From NCBI RefSeq assembly GCF_009914755.1, contig NC_060927.1: DNA of 64,000 nucleotides; one strand, written 5' to 3'. The notes under the pieces are model-generated. The model was not told the DNA's origin. It was given only the letters and a program-made list of their open reading frames with translations, and did no database searches. This DNA comes from the human T2T-CHM13v2.0 reference genome, Homo sapiens. The translations under genes were made by a program, and so were the position numbers. Positions within the stretch are counted from its first letter, which is position 1, and each line of letters starts with the position of its first letter. Below, piece after piece: positions 1 through 14,800 of this stretch.

Positions 1-74
1 GTCAAACACCTTTTCTTCACAAATTCCTCAGTCTCAGGTAGTTTTTTTTAACAGTGTGAGAATGGACTAACACA
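1..74 (+). mobile_element. 3' end of a MaLR (MST/THE1-type) LTR
   Basis: aaattcctcagtctcaggtag...acagtgtgagaatggactaacaca matches the MST/THE1 LTR terminus ending in ...ctaataca. Confidence 0.8.
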
Positions 75-326
75 GATGTCCTTAATTAAACATTAGAAAA
101 TCTATATTAGTTTGTTCCCCATTGCTATAAAGAAATACCTGAGACAGGGTAACTTATAAAGGAAAGAGCTTTAGTTAGCTCACAGTTTACAAGCTGTACA
201 GGAAATATGATGCTGGCCATTGGCTGGGCTTCAAGGAAACCCTTAGGAAACTTACAATCATGGCAGAAGGTGAAGGGGAAGCAGGTTTGTTTTACATGGC
301 CAGACTAGGAATAAGACTAATGTGGG

Positions 327-698
327 TGATATGGTTTGGCTCTGTGTCCTCACCCAAATCTCATCTTGTAGCTCCCATAATTTCCATGTGTTGTGAAAGG
401 GACCTGGTAGGTGATGACTGAATTATGGGGATGGATCTTTCCTGTGCTGTTCTTGTGATAGTGAATAAGTCTCATGAGATCTGATGGCTTTAAAAATGGA
501 GTTTGCCTACAGAAGCTCTCTCTTTGCCTGCTGCCATCCACCTAAGATGTGATTTGCTCCTCCTTGCCTTCCACCATGATTTGGAGGCCTCCCTAGCCAT
601 ATGAAACTGTAAGTCTGATTAAACCTCTTTTTTTGTTTTTTGTAAATTGCACAGTCTCAGGTATGTCTTTATCAGTCACGTGGAAATGGACTACTACA
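327..698 (+). mobile_element. THE1B-like solo LTR nested in the MST LTR
   Basis: tgatatggtttggctctgtgtc...ttgtagctcccataat...ggactactaca, with a 5-bp TSD gtggg at 322-326 and 699-703. Confidence 0.9.
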
Positions 699-1912
699 GT
701 GGGGAAAGTGCCACACACTTTTAAACAACTGGATATCATGAGAACTCACTAACATGATGACAGCACCAAGGGAAGATGGTGTTAAGTGGATTATGGTGTT
801 AAATGCTTCCATAATCCAATTACTTTTCACCAGTCCCCACTTCCAACATTGAGGATCACAACTGAACATGAGATTTCGGTCGGGACACAGATCCAAATCA
901 TATTATTCTATCCCAGGTTCCTCCCAAATCTCATGTCTTTCTCACACTGAAAAATACAATTATGCCTTATCATCAATCCATTGAAGTCTTAACCCATTCC
1001 AGCATTAACTCAAAAGTTCTGTCTCATCTGAGACAAGGTAAGTCCCTTCTGCCTATCAGCCTACAAAATCCAAAGCAAGCTAGTTACTTCCAAAATACAA
1101 TGGGGGTACAGGCATTGAGTAAATATTCCCATTCCAAAATGGAGAAAAAGGCCAAAAGTAAGGGGCTACAGGGTCCATGCAGTTCCAAAATCCAGCAGGG
1201 TAGTCAAGAAATCTTAAGGCTCCAAAATAACCTCTGTTGACCCTATGTCTTACATCTAGGGCACATTAGTGAAAGTGGTGGTCTCCCCAGGCTTTGGTAG
1301 CTCTGTGCCTGTGGCTTTGCAAAGTTCAGCCCCCATGGCTGATCTCAAGGGCTGGCATTGAGTGCCTATGGCTTTTCCAGGTGCAGGATGCAAACTACCA
1401 ATGGATCTACCTTTCTGGGGTCTGGAGGTTGGTGGCCCTCTTTTCACAGCTCCACTAGGCAGTACCTCAGTGACGACTCTGTGTAGGGGATCCAACTTCA
1501 CATATCCCCCTTTCACTGACTTAGTAGAGGTTCTCCATGAGGGCTCCACTCCTGCAGCAGGCTTCTGCCTGGACATCCAGACTTTTCCATATATCCTCTG
1601 AAATTTAGGTGGAGACTCCCAAGCCTGAACTCCTGCACACTGCACTACAGGCTTAACACCACATGGAAGCCATCAAGACTTATGGCTTGCACTCTCTGGA
1701 GCAGTGAATCAAGCTGTGCCTGGGCCCCTTTGAGCAGTGTCCCAAGGCTGCACAGGGCAGTGGGACCCTGAACTTGGCCCATGAAACCATTCTGTCATCC
1801 TAAGCCTCCAAGCCTGTGATGGGAACAGCTTCTGCAAAGGACTCTGAAATGCCTTCAAGGCCTTTTCCCATTCTCTTAGCTATTGGCATGTGGCCAACTT
1901 TTAGATATATAA

Positions 1913-2340
<428 letters not shown>

Positions 2341-3221
2341 AAGTTCCAGTTTTAAGTCACTTCTTTGCTAACACATATTAGCATAGGCTGTTAGAAGCAG
2401 CCAGGTCACATCTTGAGTGCTTTGCTGCTTAGAAGTTTTTTCCACCAGATACCCTAAATCAGCATTCTCAAGTTCAAAGTTCCACAGATTCCTAGATCAG
2501 GGGCATAATCAAACCAAGCTCTTTGACAAGGTGTAACAAAAGTGACCACTCCACTTCCCAATAAGTTCCTCATCTTCACCTGTGGCCTATCAGCCTGGCC
2601 ATCTCTGTTCATGTCACTATTGGTATTTGGGTCATAACCATTCAACAAGTTTCTAAGAAGTTCCAAATTTTTCCTCATTTTTCTATCTTTTTCTGACCCC
2701 TCCACACTCTTCCAAACTCTGCCTATTACCCAGTTTCAAAATTGCTTCCACATTTTCAGATATCTTTATAGCAATACTGCACCCCTGGTACCAATTTTCT
2801 GTATTAGCCCGTTCTTGCATTGCTAAAGAAATATTTGAGACTGGATAGTTTATAAAGAAAAGAGCTTTAACTGGCTCATGGTTCCACAGGCTGTACAGGA
2901 AGCGTAATGCTGGGCATATGCACAGCTTCTGGGGAGGCCTCAAGAAACTTAAAATAATGAAAGAAGATAAAGGGGAAGCAGGATTGTCTTACATGGCCAG
3001 GCCAGGATTGTCTTACGTGGCTAGAAAAAGTATCACACATTTTTCAACAACCAGATATCATGAGAACTCACTACCACAATGAGAACACCAAAGGGGAATA
3101 GTGTTAAGCCATGAAAAACTGCCCCCATGATCCAATCACCTCTCACCAGGCCTCACTTCCAACATTGATGATCACAATTGAACGTGAGATTTGGGTGGGG
3201 ACACAGATCAAAACCATAAAA

Positions 3222-5162
3222 AAAATAAATTCAGTAAAATATAAAAAAGTTAATATATTACAACTAAGAATTATCCTAGGAATGCATGTTTATTTTTAAC
3301 ATTCAAAAATCAGTCAATATACTTCACCACGTTAACAGAATAAAGAAAAATCATATGGTCATATGAATAAATACAGAAAAATCATCTGACAATTTTTGAC
3401 ACCTATTTATGATAAAGATAAAAACTTTAGGCAAACTAGAAAGGATTCTACCACATGATAAAGAGCATCTAAGAAAAATGTACACCCAATATAATACTTA
3501 ATGTTAAAATGTTGAGTGATATCTGCTCTCAACCCTTCTTAATATTTTACAGAAGGTACTATTCAATGTGATTAGGCAAGACAAGGAAACAGTTTGTATA
3601 ATGATCAGGGGGAAAAAGAGAAGTGAATTTTTATTTGCAGAAGCATTATTATCTACACAGAAAATACAAAAGATTTTATAAAAAAGAAACTGCTATATCT
3701 AATAAATGAATTCATCAGTTTCTCAAGGTAAATAGGCAAAAAAAATCATATTTCTACATACCAGCAACAAAAAATTAAAAATAAAATTCAAAAATTGATG
3801 TCATTTATAACACCAAAAATTATAAAACCTCAGAATAATTTTTTAAAAAGAGAGAAAAGATCTTTATACTTGAAAGCCACGAACACATTGCTGCAATAAG
3901 TTTTAAAATATCTGTATAAATGGAGATATGTACCATGTTCATTAGATGGAAAGTAATATTTTTAAAATTTTGATTTTCTCTCACTTGATCTATAGATTGA
4001 AAGATCATTGCAACTCCAGTGCAAATTCCAGCAGGCTTGGCTATTTTAGATAATAATTGATTATCTTATAGTACAATGTATATGGAAATACAAAGGACCT
4101 AGAATAGCTAAAAACCATCTTAAGAATGAACAAAGCCAGAGAGCCCACACTCTTAATTTTAAGACTTCCATAATGCTACAGTAATTAATGCAATGTGTAA
4201 TTGACAGAAGGATACACTAACAGAGCAATAAAACAGAATCATGAGTCTAGAAATAGCTCTACACATTTTGGTCAAATAATCTGTTACAAATGTGTCATGG
4301 AAATTCAATGGGAAAAGAAAGCATTTTTAACAGTCCTGGGTCAATATTATGTCAATATGGAAAGAAAACAGAATCATGACTCAATATCATACCATACATT
4401 AAAATATCCATATAGTTTATAAACCTAAATGTAAATACTAAAACTATAAAGTTTTAAGAAAAATATGGAATATCTTTGTGACTTTGCATAAGTAGTAGGC
4501 TAAATAGTGCCCTACTAAAATATATGTTCACATCTCAACCCCTGGAGCCTGTGAGTAAAACCTTACATGAAAATGATTAACTTAGGAATCTTAAATGGTG
4601 AAGCTTATTCTGGATTATACAAGTGAGACAAAGATGCACTCAGATCCATCCTTATAAGAGAGAAACAGAGGAGTTTTGAGTCAGAAAAAAAGGAGGCAAC
4701 GTGAACACAGATAGAAAGACTTGAATGATGCAGCCAAACCAAGACATTTCTAGCCACCCAAAGCTGAAGGAGGCAAGAAGCAGTGTCCTCTAGAGACTTT
4801 GGGGGAACGATAGTTCTGATAATACTTTGATATCCAACTTCTGGCTTGCAGAACTGTTAAAGAATAAATGTCTCTTGTTTTAAGCCACTATTTATAGTAA
4901 TTTGTTATAGTAGCCACAGAAAACTGACAGAAGGTAGACAAAGATTTCTTAACAAATTCAAAAAGCAGCAACAAAATCAGAAAACAAATGTAGAAATGAC
5001 ATAAAAATAAAAAGCATTTGTTCTTCTTCAAAAACACCATTTAAAAATGAAGCCAAAGAGTGAGAAAAAATATTTTTATCACATATATTCAATAAGGCTT
5101 GACTCTAGAATAAAGAACTCTGATAAATCAATAATAAAAAGACAAGCAACCTAATTAAAATA
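3222..5162 (+). mobile_element. Old, decayed L1 (L1MC/L1ME-type) ORF2 region, interrupted by an MLT1 LTR
   Basis: Degenerate ORF2 landmarks in order: aatcagtcaatat, aggcaagacaaggaaa, tttatttgcaga, gtaccatgttcattagatggaaag, aattttaagacttccataatgctacagtaat. Confidence 0.75.
4491..4930 (+). mobile_element. MLT1 (MLT1C/D-like) solo LTR
   Basis: gtagtaggctaaatagtgcccc...ccttataagagagaaacagagg...acttctggcttgcagaactgt..agaataaatgtctcttgttttaagcca...gtaatttgttatagtagccacagaaaactgaca. Confidence 0.85.
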
Positions 5163-8100
5163 CTGAGAGAAGAAAGCAGGCAGATCAAGGTGGTTAAACA
5201 GGACCCTCCAGAGATTGTGCCTCCCACAGGAACAATAAATTGAGCAACTAACCATGCAGGAACACCTTCATAAGAACCACAACTTAGGTGAGCAATCACA
5301 GTACCTGGTTTTAGTATCATATGAAGGAAGGAGACACTGAAGAGGGTAGAGGGTAGGAAGATAGTCTTGAATTCCCTACACCACTTGTTTCCCCATTTTC
5401 CAGCAGTACTACATGACACAGAGAATCTATGTGCTTAGAGGATGGAGAGCAAAGTGATTGTGAGACTTCCCATTGGACCTCAGTGCTGCCCTGTAACAGT
5501 GGAAAGAAACACAGGGCAGAATTCAGCTAGTGCCAACAAAGAGAGCCTTTAGACCAACCCTAGCCAGTGGGGTCTCATCCATCCTAGCAGTGGGAGACTG
5601 AGCTCTAGCTAGCCCACTACCATAAGCTACAGTACTCTGGGGTCCTAAATAAATCTGAAAGGCAGTCGAGACGACAAGAGTGGCAATTCTTGGGCAAGTC
5701 CTGGGGTTGTGCTGGGCTTGGGGCCAGTGAATTTAGGGTGCAGTGGCTTAGTGAGGCATCAGATAAGGAGGCCAAGGGGGTGCTCATGTAACCACTACTC
5801 CAACTTCAGGCAGTGCATCTTGCAGCTCTGGCAGAGAGTCCTTCCACTCAAGGAAAGGAGAGGAATGAGTAAAGAGGACTTTGTCTTGCAACTTGGGTAT
5901 CAGCTCAGCCACAGTAGAATACAGCACCAAGCAGAGTCCTGAAGCCCTTATTCTGGGCTGTAGCTCTCGGATGAAATTTCTGGACCTACCCTGGGCCAGG
6001 AGGAAACCTGCTACCCTGAAGGGAAGGACCCAGTCCTGACAATATTCACCACCTGCTGACTAAAGAGCTGCTGGGCTTGAATAAACATCAATGGTAGTCA
6101 GGCAGTAATTTCCATGGGCCTTGGGCGAGTCCCAGTGTCATGCTGGCTTCAGGTGTGACCCAGCACACTCCAAGCAGTGGTGGCCATAGGAGTGCTTGCA
6201 TCACCCCGCCCCAGCTCCAGGCAGCTCAGCCCTCAGGGAGAAACTGCATTTGTTTGAGGGAAAGTAAGGGAAGAGAACAAGAGACTGTGGCTGGTAATCC
6301 AGGGAGTTCTCACAGATCTTACCCAAGTTCACCAAAGTGGCACATCTATAAAACTACAAAAGTCACAGCAACACTGGGCTTTATTATCTCCCAATGCAGA
6401 TAGAGCTTCAGCGACCAAAGATTTAGACCACAACATTCAATTCCCTTGGAATACATAAAAAGCCCTTCTTAAGAAGGACAGATACAAACAAGCCCAGACT
6501 GAGAGTATTAGAATTAATACCTAACACTTCAATGCCCAGAAATCAACAAACATCCACAAGACCAAGACCATTTATAAAAACATGATTTCACCAAATGAAC
6601 TGAATAAAGCACCAGCTATCCATCCTGGAGGAACAGAGATATGTGACTTTTCAAACAGAATTCAAAATAGACTTTCAGACAGATAAGTCAAAACAGCTAT
6701 TTTGAGGAAGCTCAATGAAATTGAAGATAACACAGAGAAGGAATTCAGAATCCTATCACACAAATTTGATGAAAAGATTGAAATAATTTTAAAGAATCAA
6801 GCAGGAATTCTGGAGCTAAAGAATTCAAATAACACACTGAAAAATGTATTACAGTCTCTCAACAGCAGAATTAATCAAGCAGAAGAAAGAATTAGTGAGC
6901 TTGAAGACAGACTATTTGAAAATACACAGTCAAAAATGACAAAAGAAAAATAATAATAATGAATAAAGCACATCTACAAGATCTAGGAAATATCCTCAAA
7001 AAGGCAAACCTAAGAATTATTGCCTGAAAGCGGACAGAGAGAGAGAGAGAGAGATTATCTAAAGATATAATATCAGAGAACTTTCCAAACCTAGAGAAAT
7101 AATCAATATTCAAATACAAGAAGATTTATAGAACTCCAAAGATTTAACCCAAGTAAGACTACCTCAAGATATTTAATAATCAAACTCCCAAAGTCAATAA
7201 TAAATTCCAAAAAGCAGCAAGAGAAAAAAAAAAGCATGTGAAACAGTTCCAATACATTGACAGCAGACTTCTCAGTGGAAAACTTACAGGCCAGTATAGA
7301 GTGGCATGGCATATTTGAAGTTACAAAGAAAAAGAAAACTTTTATCATAGCATATTATATCCGGCAAATATATACTCCAAACATGAAGGTCAATAAAGAC
7401 TTTTCTAGACTAACGAAAGGTGAGAAATTTTGCCAACACTAGACCCGTCCAACAAAAAAATGCTAAAGAGAGTTCTTCAATCTGAAAGAAAAATGTGTTA
7501 ATGAGCTATAAGAAATTATTTGGATGTACAAAACTCACTGGTAATAGTAAATATACAGAAAAATACAGAATGCTATGACACTGTAATTTCTGTGTGCTCA
7601 TATATTGAGTAGGAAGACTAAAAGATGAATAATAACTACAACAACTTTTTAAGACATAGTATAATAAGACATAAATGCAAACAACAAAAATTTTAAAACG
7701 TTGGGGGATAAAATTAAAGGGCAGAGTTTTATTAGTTTTCTCTTTGCTTGTTTGTTTTCTTTAATTTTTGGAATCTGTTAAGTTTTCATCAGTTTAAAAT
7801 AATGAGTTACAAGATAATATTTGCAAGTCTCATGGTAACCTCAAATCAAAAAAGCTACAATAGATCCACAAAAAATAAAAATAAAAACCAAGAACATAAA
7901 ACATACCATTGCGTAAAATAACCTTCACAAAAGATAGGAAAAAATGAAGGAGGAAAGACCACAAAACAACAAGAAAAAATATATTTAAATGGCAGTACTA
8001 GTCCTTACTTATCAATAATAACATTGATTGTAAATGGACTACACTCTCCAATTAAAAGACATAGGGTAACTGAAGGGATTTTCTGCTGCCTACAAGAAAC

Positions 8101-9071
8101 ACACTTCACCTATAAAAACACACATAGACTGAAAATGAAGACATGGAAAAAGACATTCCATGTGAATGGAAACCAAACAATAGCAGGAGTAGCTATACTT
8201 ATTTCAGACAAAATAGATTTCAAGACAAAAACTGTAAAAGGAGACAAAGAAGGTCCTCATATAATGATAAAGGGGTCAATTCAGCAAGATGATATAATTG
8301 TAAATATATAAACACCCAACACTGGGTCACCCAGATATATAAAGCAAGTATTAGAGCTAACAGAAACATGGATCTATATAAAATAATGGGGAGAGACTTC
8401 AATACCTCACTTTAAGCGTTGGATAGATCATCCAGACAGAAAATCACCAACGCAACACTCAACTTAATCTGCACTAGAGATCCAATGGAGCTAACAGATA
8501 TTCATAGAACGTTTCATCCCACGGCAGCAGAATAAAAATTCTTCTCTTCAATACATGAAATATTCTCAAGTATGGATCATATGTTAGGTAGGCCACAAAA
8601 CAAATCTTAAAAAGTTCAGAAAATGTACGTTTATCAAGTTTCTTCACTGACCACAATGGAATAATGCTAGAAATCAATTCCAAGAGGATTTTTAGAAACT
8701 ATATAAACACATTGAAATTAAACAATATGCTCCTGAATGCGAGTGTGTCAATGAAGAAATTAAGAAGGAAATTAAAAATTTCTTGAAACAAATATAAACA
8801 GAAGCACAATATCAAAATTTATGGAATACAGCAAAAGCAGTACTAACAGGAGAGTGTGTAGCAATAAGCATCTTTACAAAAAAATAGCAAAACTAGCAAT
8901 GCATCTTAAATAATTAGAAAAGGAAGAGGAAACCAAACCCAAAGTTAGTAGAGGAAAATAAACAATAAAGATCCAAGCAGAAATAAATGAAATTGAACCA
9001 AGAAAACAATATGAAAGCTTAATGAAACAAAGTTGAGTTTTTTGAAGAAAGAAAGAAAGCAAGCTAACAAA

Positions 9072-9286
9072 TTCTTTTTTTATTATTATACTTTAAGTTC
9101 TGGGTTACATGTGCAGAATGCTCAGTTTTGTTACATAGGTATACACATGCCATGGTGGTTTGCTGCACCCATCAACCCATCACCTACATTAGGTATTTCT
9201 CCGAATGTTATCCCTCCCCTAGCCTCCCACCCGCTGCAGGCCCCAGTGTGTGATGTTCCCCTCCCTGTGTCCATGTGTTCTCATTG
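9072..9286 (-). mobile_element. 5'-truncated L1PA (L1PA7/8-like) 3' end inserted antisense in L1 #1
   Basis: ttattatactttaagttctgggttacatgtgcag...ccctccctgtgtccatgtgttctcattg; degenerate TSD aagcta(a)ca(a)attctt. Confidence 0.85.
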
Positions 9287-11270
9287 GAAAGCTACATTCT
9301 TAATCAAACTAACTAAAAAAGAGAGAAGACACAAGTAAATAAAATCAGAGATGAAAGAGGTGACATTACAACTGACACTGCAGAAATATAAAGAATCATT
9401 AGCAACTACTATGAGCAACTACAGGTCTATAAATTGGAAAAACTTAGAAGAAACTGATAAATTCCTAGAGACATAAAATCTACCAAGATTGAACCATGAG
9501 AAAATCCAAAACTTGAACAGATCAACAACAAATAATGAGATAAAACCATAATAAAAAGTTTTCCATTAAAGAAAAGCTCAAGAATCAAAGAATTCACTGC
9601 TGAATTTTGTCAAACATTTAAAGGAAAAATAACACTGATCCTACTTAAACTATTCTAAAAAATACAGAAAAAGGGAACAATTCTAAACTCATTCTATGAG
9701 GCCAGTATTGCTCTGATGCCAAAACCAAAAACACATAAAGAAAACAAAACTACAGGCCAACATCTCTGATAAACATTGATGCAAAAATCCTCAAAAATAC
9801 TAGCAAACTGAATTCACCAACACATTAAAAAGATTATTCATTATGACCAAGTGGAATTTATTCCAGTGATGCAAGAATGAGTCCACATATGCAAATCAAT
9901 CAGTGTGATACATCATATCAAGAGAATAAAGGACAAAAACCATATGATCATTTCAACTGATGCTGAAAAAACATTTGGTAAAATTCAACACCCCTTCTAA
10001 AAACAACCCTAAAAAAACTGGGTATAGAAGGAACATACCTCAACATAATGAAAGCCATATGTGACAGACCCACAGATTGTATCATATTGAACAGAGAAAA
10101 ACTGAAAGCCTATCCTCTAATATCTGGAACAATATGGAAATGGTCACTTTCACCACTATTTTTCAACATAGGACTGGAAGTCCTACCTATACCAATCGGA
10201 CAAGAGAAAGAAATAAATGACATCAAAATTGGAAAGAAAGAAGTTAAAATATCCTTCTTTACAGATTGTATAATTTTATATTTGGAAAAATCTTAAGACT
10301 CCACCTAAAAGCTATTAGAACTGATAAACAAGTTCATTAATATTGCAGGGTACAAAATTAACATACAAAATCAGTGGCATATCTATATGCCAACAGCAAA
10401 CAATCTTAAAAAGAAATAAAAAAATGTAATCCCATTTACAATAGTGACAAATGGAATACCTAGGAATAAACATAGCCAAAGTAGTGAAAAATCTCCACAA
10501 TGAAAATTATAAAACATTTATTTAAGAAATTGAAGAGAACACAAAAATTAAAAGATATTTTATATTCATGGATTGGAAAAATTAATAGTATTAAAATGTC
10601 CATACTACCTAAAACACTCTACAGATTCAAGCAATTCCTATCAAAATATCAATACATTCTTCAGAGAAATAGAAACAAATTATCCTAAAATTTATGTGGA
10701 ACTGTAAACAAAACAAAACAAAACAAAACAGGATAACTAAAACCAACCTGAACAAACAGGACAAAACAAGATGAGACACATTATGTGACTTCAAATTATA
10801 CTACAGAGATATAGTAACCCAAACAGCATGAAATGGCATTTAAACAGACACTTAGACAAATGGAACAGAATAGAGAATGTAGAAGTAAACCATACTTCTA
10901 TAGTGAACTCATTTTTGACATAGGTGCCAAGAACAGACATTGGAGAAAGGACAATCTCTTCAAAAAGGTGCTGTGAAAACCGGATATCCATATGCAGAAG
11001 ATGGAAACTAGACCCCAATCTCTCACCATATAAAAATGTCAAACTAAAATGGATTGGAGACTTAAATCTAAGACCTGAAGCCATGAAACTACTAAAAGAA
11101 AACTAATGAAACTTTTTAGGTCATTGGTCTGGGCAAATATTTCTTTAGTAATACCTCAAAAGCACAGGATACCAAAGCAAAAATGGGATCACATGAAGTT
11201 AAATAGCTTCTTCACAGCAAAAGAAACAATTTTAAAAAATGAAGAGACAACCCACAGAATGTGAGAAAGC

Positions 11271-12360
11271 TTTTTTTTCTAATTATTTTACTAACTTTTA
11301 TTTTAAGTTCTGGGGTACATGTGCAGAATGTGCAGGTTTGTTACATAGGTAGACGTGTACCATGGTGGTTTGCTGCACAGATCAACCCATCATCCAGTTA
11401 TTAAGCCCAGCACCCATTAGCTGTTCTTCCTGATGCTCTCCCTCCCCAGCATGCCCAACAGGCCCCAGTGTGTGTTTTTCCCCACAATGTGTTCATGTGT
11501 TCTCATCATTCAACTCCCACTGATGAGTGAGAACAGGTGGTGTTTGGTTTTCTGTTCCTACATTAGTTTGCTGAAGATAACAGCTTCCAGCTATATCCAT
11601 GTCCCTGCAAAGGACATGATCTCATTCCTTTTTATGGCTGCATAGTATTCCATAGTGTATATGTACCACATTTTCTTTATCCAGTCTACTGCTGATGGAC
11701 ATTTGGGTTGATTCCATGCCTTTGCTATTGTAAACAGTGCTTTAATGAACATATGTGTGTATGTATCTTTATAATAGAATGATTTCTATTCCTTTGGGTT
11801 TATACCCAGTAATGGAATTGCCGGGTCAAGTGGTATTTCTGCTTCTAGATCTTTGAGGAATTGTCACACTGTCTTCCACAATGCTTGTACCAATTTACAT
11901 TCTCATCAACAGTGTAGAAGTGTTCCTTTTTCTCCACAACCTCACCAGCATCTGTTGTTTCTTGACTTTTTAATAACTGCTATTCTCACTGGTGTGAGAT
12001 GGTATCTCATTGTGATTTTGATTTGCATTTCTCTAATGATCAATGATGTTGAACTTTTTTCATGTTTGTTGGCTGCATGAATGTCTTTTTTGAGAAGTGG
12101 CTGTTCATGTCCTTTGCCCAATTTTTGATGCGGCTGTGTGTTTCTTGTAAATTTGTTTAAGTTCCTTGTAAATACTGAACAGTAGACTTCTGTCAGATGG
12201 ATAGACTGGAAAAATTTTCTCCCATTTTGTAGGTTGTCTGTTCAGTCTAATGACAGTTTCTTTTGTTGTGCAGAAGGTCTTTAGTTTAATTAGATCCCAT
12301 TTGTTAATTTTTGCTTTTGTTGCAAATGCTTTTGGTATTCTAATCATGAAATCTTTGTCA
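11271..12360 (-). mobile_element. About 1.1-kb L1PA (L1PA12/13-like) 3' fragment, antisense in L1 #1
   Basis: acttttattttaagttctggggtacatgtgcag...ctgcacagatcaacccatca; minus ORF 12105-12347 ([21 protein letters not shown]) is the ORF2 C-terminus. The host L1 resumes at ctatctatctgacaagg. Confidence 0.88.
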
Positions 12361-13264
12361 CTATCTATCTGACAAGGAATTAATAACTAGAACATATATG
12401 AATATTAAAAAGTAGAAAAAAATCTAAAAATTCAATCAAAAACGGGCAAACAATCCAAATAGACATCTCTCAAAAGGAGACATAAAAATGGCAAACAGGT
12501 ATATGAAAAGTTGCCCAACATCATTTATCATCAGAGAAATGCAAATCAAAACTACAATAAGATATCATCTCACCCTGTTAAAATGGCTTTTATCCACATG
12601 TCAGGCAATAACATGCTGGTCAGGATGTGGAGAAAAGAGAGCCCTCGTACACTGTTTTCTGGGAATGTAAGTGTATGAAGAACAGTTTGGAAGTTTCTCA
12701 AAAAACTAAAAATAGAACTACCATATGATGCAGCAATCCCACTGTTGGGTATATATATCCAAAGGTAAGAAAATTAGTTTATTGAAATGATACCTGCACT
12801 CCATGCTTATTGCAACACTATTCATAATAGCTAAGACTTGGAAGCAATCTTTCACCAGCAGACAAATGGATACAGAGAATGTGGCACATGTACACCATGG
12901 AATACTGCACAGCTATAAAAAAAGGATGAGGTCATGTCCTTTGCAGCAACATGGATGGAACTGGAGGCCATTATCTTATGTGAACTAACACAGGAACAGA
13001 AAACCAACTACCGCATGTTCTTACTTATAAGTGAGAGCTAAACATTGAATACATACGGACACACAAAAAAGAGTGCAACAGACACAGGACCTACTTGATG
13101 GTGGGAGGGCCGTGGGTGAGGACTGAAAAACTTCCTATCCTGTACAATGCTTATTACCTGAGTGGTGAAGTAATCGGTACACCAAACTCCTGTGGCATGC
13201 AGTTTACCTATATAACAAACCTGCAAGTGCACCCCTCAACCTAAGACAAAAATTTTTTTAAAAA

Positions 13265-13420
13265 GGAAGAAAATAGTGACAGGAAACTTTCCAGGGTGGC
13301 AAGGGCAATGTTCTAATATATCTTGATTGCAAAGTTGGTTACACATTTGCTAAAATTTATCCAACTCTATACTTAGAATATGTACATTTAATATGTAATA
13401 GTGAATCAATTACAAATAAA
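13265..13420 (+). mobile_element. 3' terminus of an old L1MC/L1ME element
   Basis: ggaaactttccagggtggcaagggcaatgttcta...tcttgattg...ggttacac...tatacttagaatatgtacatt resembles old L1M 3' ends. Confidence 0.6.
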
Positions 13421-13929
13421 TCCAGCAGACTAGAAGCAGCTAGTGTGTGCTGTTCTCATGAAGTGAAAAAAAGAGTGGGGTGTAATTACTAGATCTTCAG
13501 CTGGAACATCGAGGTCACATTGGGATTCATCAAGGAAACAACTCAGAATGGAGAAGAACAAGTGGTTTGGTTCCCTCAAGGGTGGCATGGAGCCAGGGGA
13601 GGCTTCCTTACCTGGTGAAATGGCGAGAGTGCGAGAATTCCTTGTGACCAACACTTCTGCCGTGGGCCTTTGCAACCCTGGACTCAAGGTGATCCCCCTG
13701 TGAGCCCACCTCACCAGGGCCTGCAGACTGACAGAGACCCATGCGGAGTCTGAGCAGAGCGGTAGCTCAGGCACACATGAAGTCCCAACTCTTGGAGCCT
13801 TGATTCCTCAGGCATCCTGGAGTTAGCAGCTGCAGCTCTGGTCATTGAGGAGGTCAAGTTCCCCCACACTTCCCCAGGAAAGGGGCCAAGTACAGGGGGC
13901 TGAGCAGTTACAGACTGCAGGCCTCGTCT

Positions 13930-14800
13930 TTACTGTATTTCACAGGATAAGGCCCACTGGCCTAGGTCTCCAGCCACTCCCCATCTGGGCTCTTGGGCTA
14001 GTAGCAGCTCTGCACTTCCCTGGATGGAGTTCCCAGTGAGAGAGGCCAGCCACCATTTTTGCTGTCTCACAGACCCTACTACTATAGCCTTCAGGCTCTA
14101 GTGGTGATTAGAGAGTGGCATGGATTTCCAACACAATATAGTCATCCCACAGAAATGGTGGCTAGACTATTTGTTTAGGTGGGTCCCTGATTCCACTTTT
14201 CCTCACTGGGCAGGACACCCCAACTTGGGACTCCAGCCACCCCCTGACCAGGGTTCTCAGACCATCAGGAGCTCTGCACTTGCCCGGGATGGAGCTCCCA
14301 GAGGGAGAGGCTGGCTGCAATTTTTGCTGTCTCACAGCCTCCACTGCTATAGCCTTCAGGCTCTGGAGAGCAAGTGGTGATTAGGGAGTGTTTTCAGTCC
14401 CCTGCACAGTGTAGCCAACCCATGCAAAAGCATACAGATTGTTTTTTATACAGGTCCCCGATCCTGCTTCTCCTCACTGGGACTTCAGCCACCCACCACT
14501 GGGGTTCTTGAGCCATTAGCAGCTCCGCAATGGACAGAACTCCCAGAGTGAGAGGCCAGCTGCCATTTTTGCTGTCTCACAGTCCCCACTGCTATAGCCT
14601 TCAGGCTGTGGAGAGTGCATTGTGATTAGGGAGTGGTGTGGTTCCCCAGCATAGCACAGCCATACCGTGGAAAAGTGGCCAGACTGTTCTCCACACAGGT
14701 GCCTGTCACTGCTTTTCCTCACTGGGCAGGACTTCCCAACCTGGGACTCCAGCACCACTACCCTGCCCTCACTTGAATACTGCAGTCAGAAGCAGTTCCG
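13930..14800 (+). repeat. Diverged tandem array of about 250-265 bp (three or more units) in the L1 5'UTR
   Basis: tttttgctgtctcacag recurs near 14056, 14321 and 14566, each followed by ctatagccttcaggct and gtgattag(a/g)gagtg. Confidence 0.85.

Larger units (their letters stand above)
5165..13262 (+). mobile_element. Near full-length L1MA-type LINE-1 (#1): 5'UTR 5165-6531, ORF1 from about 6532, ORF2 from about 7989, both broken; L1PA15/16-like 3'UTR
   Basis: Track ORFs give an ORF1 coiled coil (6702-6953, SRINQAEERISELEDRLFE), endonuclease (8024-8311, VNGLHSPIKRHR, CCLQETH), RT (10048-10296) and C-terminal fragments. Confidence 0.9.

Noticed and set aside
962-1645. ORFs of 79-129 aa in the MST internal region, and similar ones at 49098-49542
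   Set aside because: Fragments of the decayed MaLR internal sequence; no intact frame.
13930-14800. Regularly spaced repeats that might suggest a CRISPR-like or novel array
   Set aside because: Whole units of about 250 bp are homologous, with no unique spacers; they are part of an L1 5'UTR in a primate genome.
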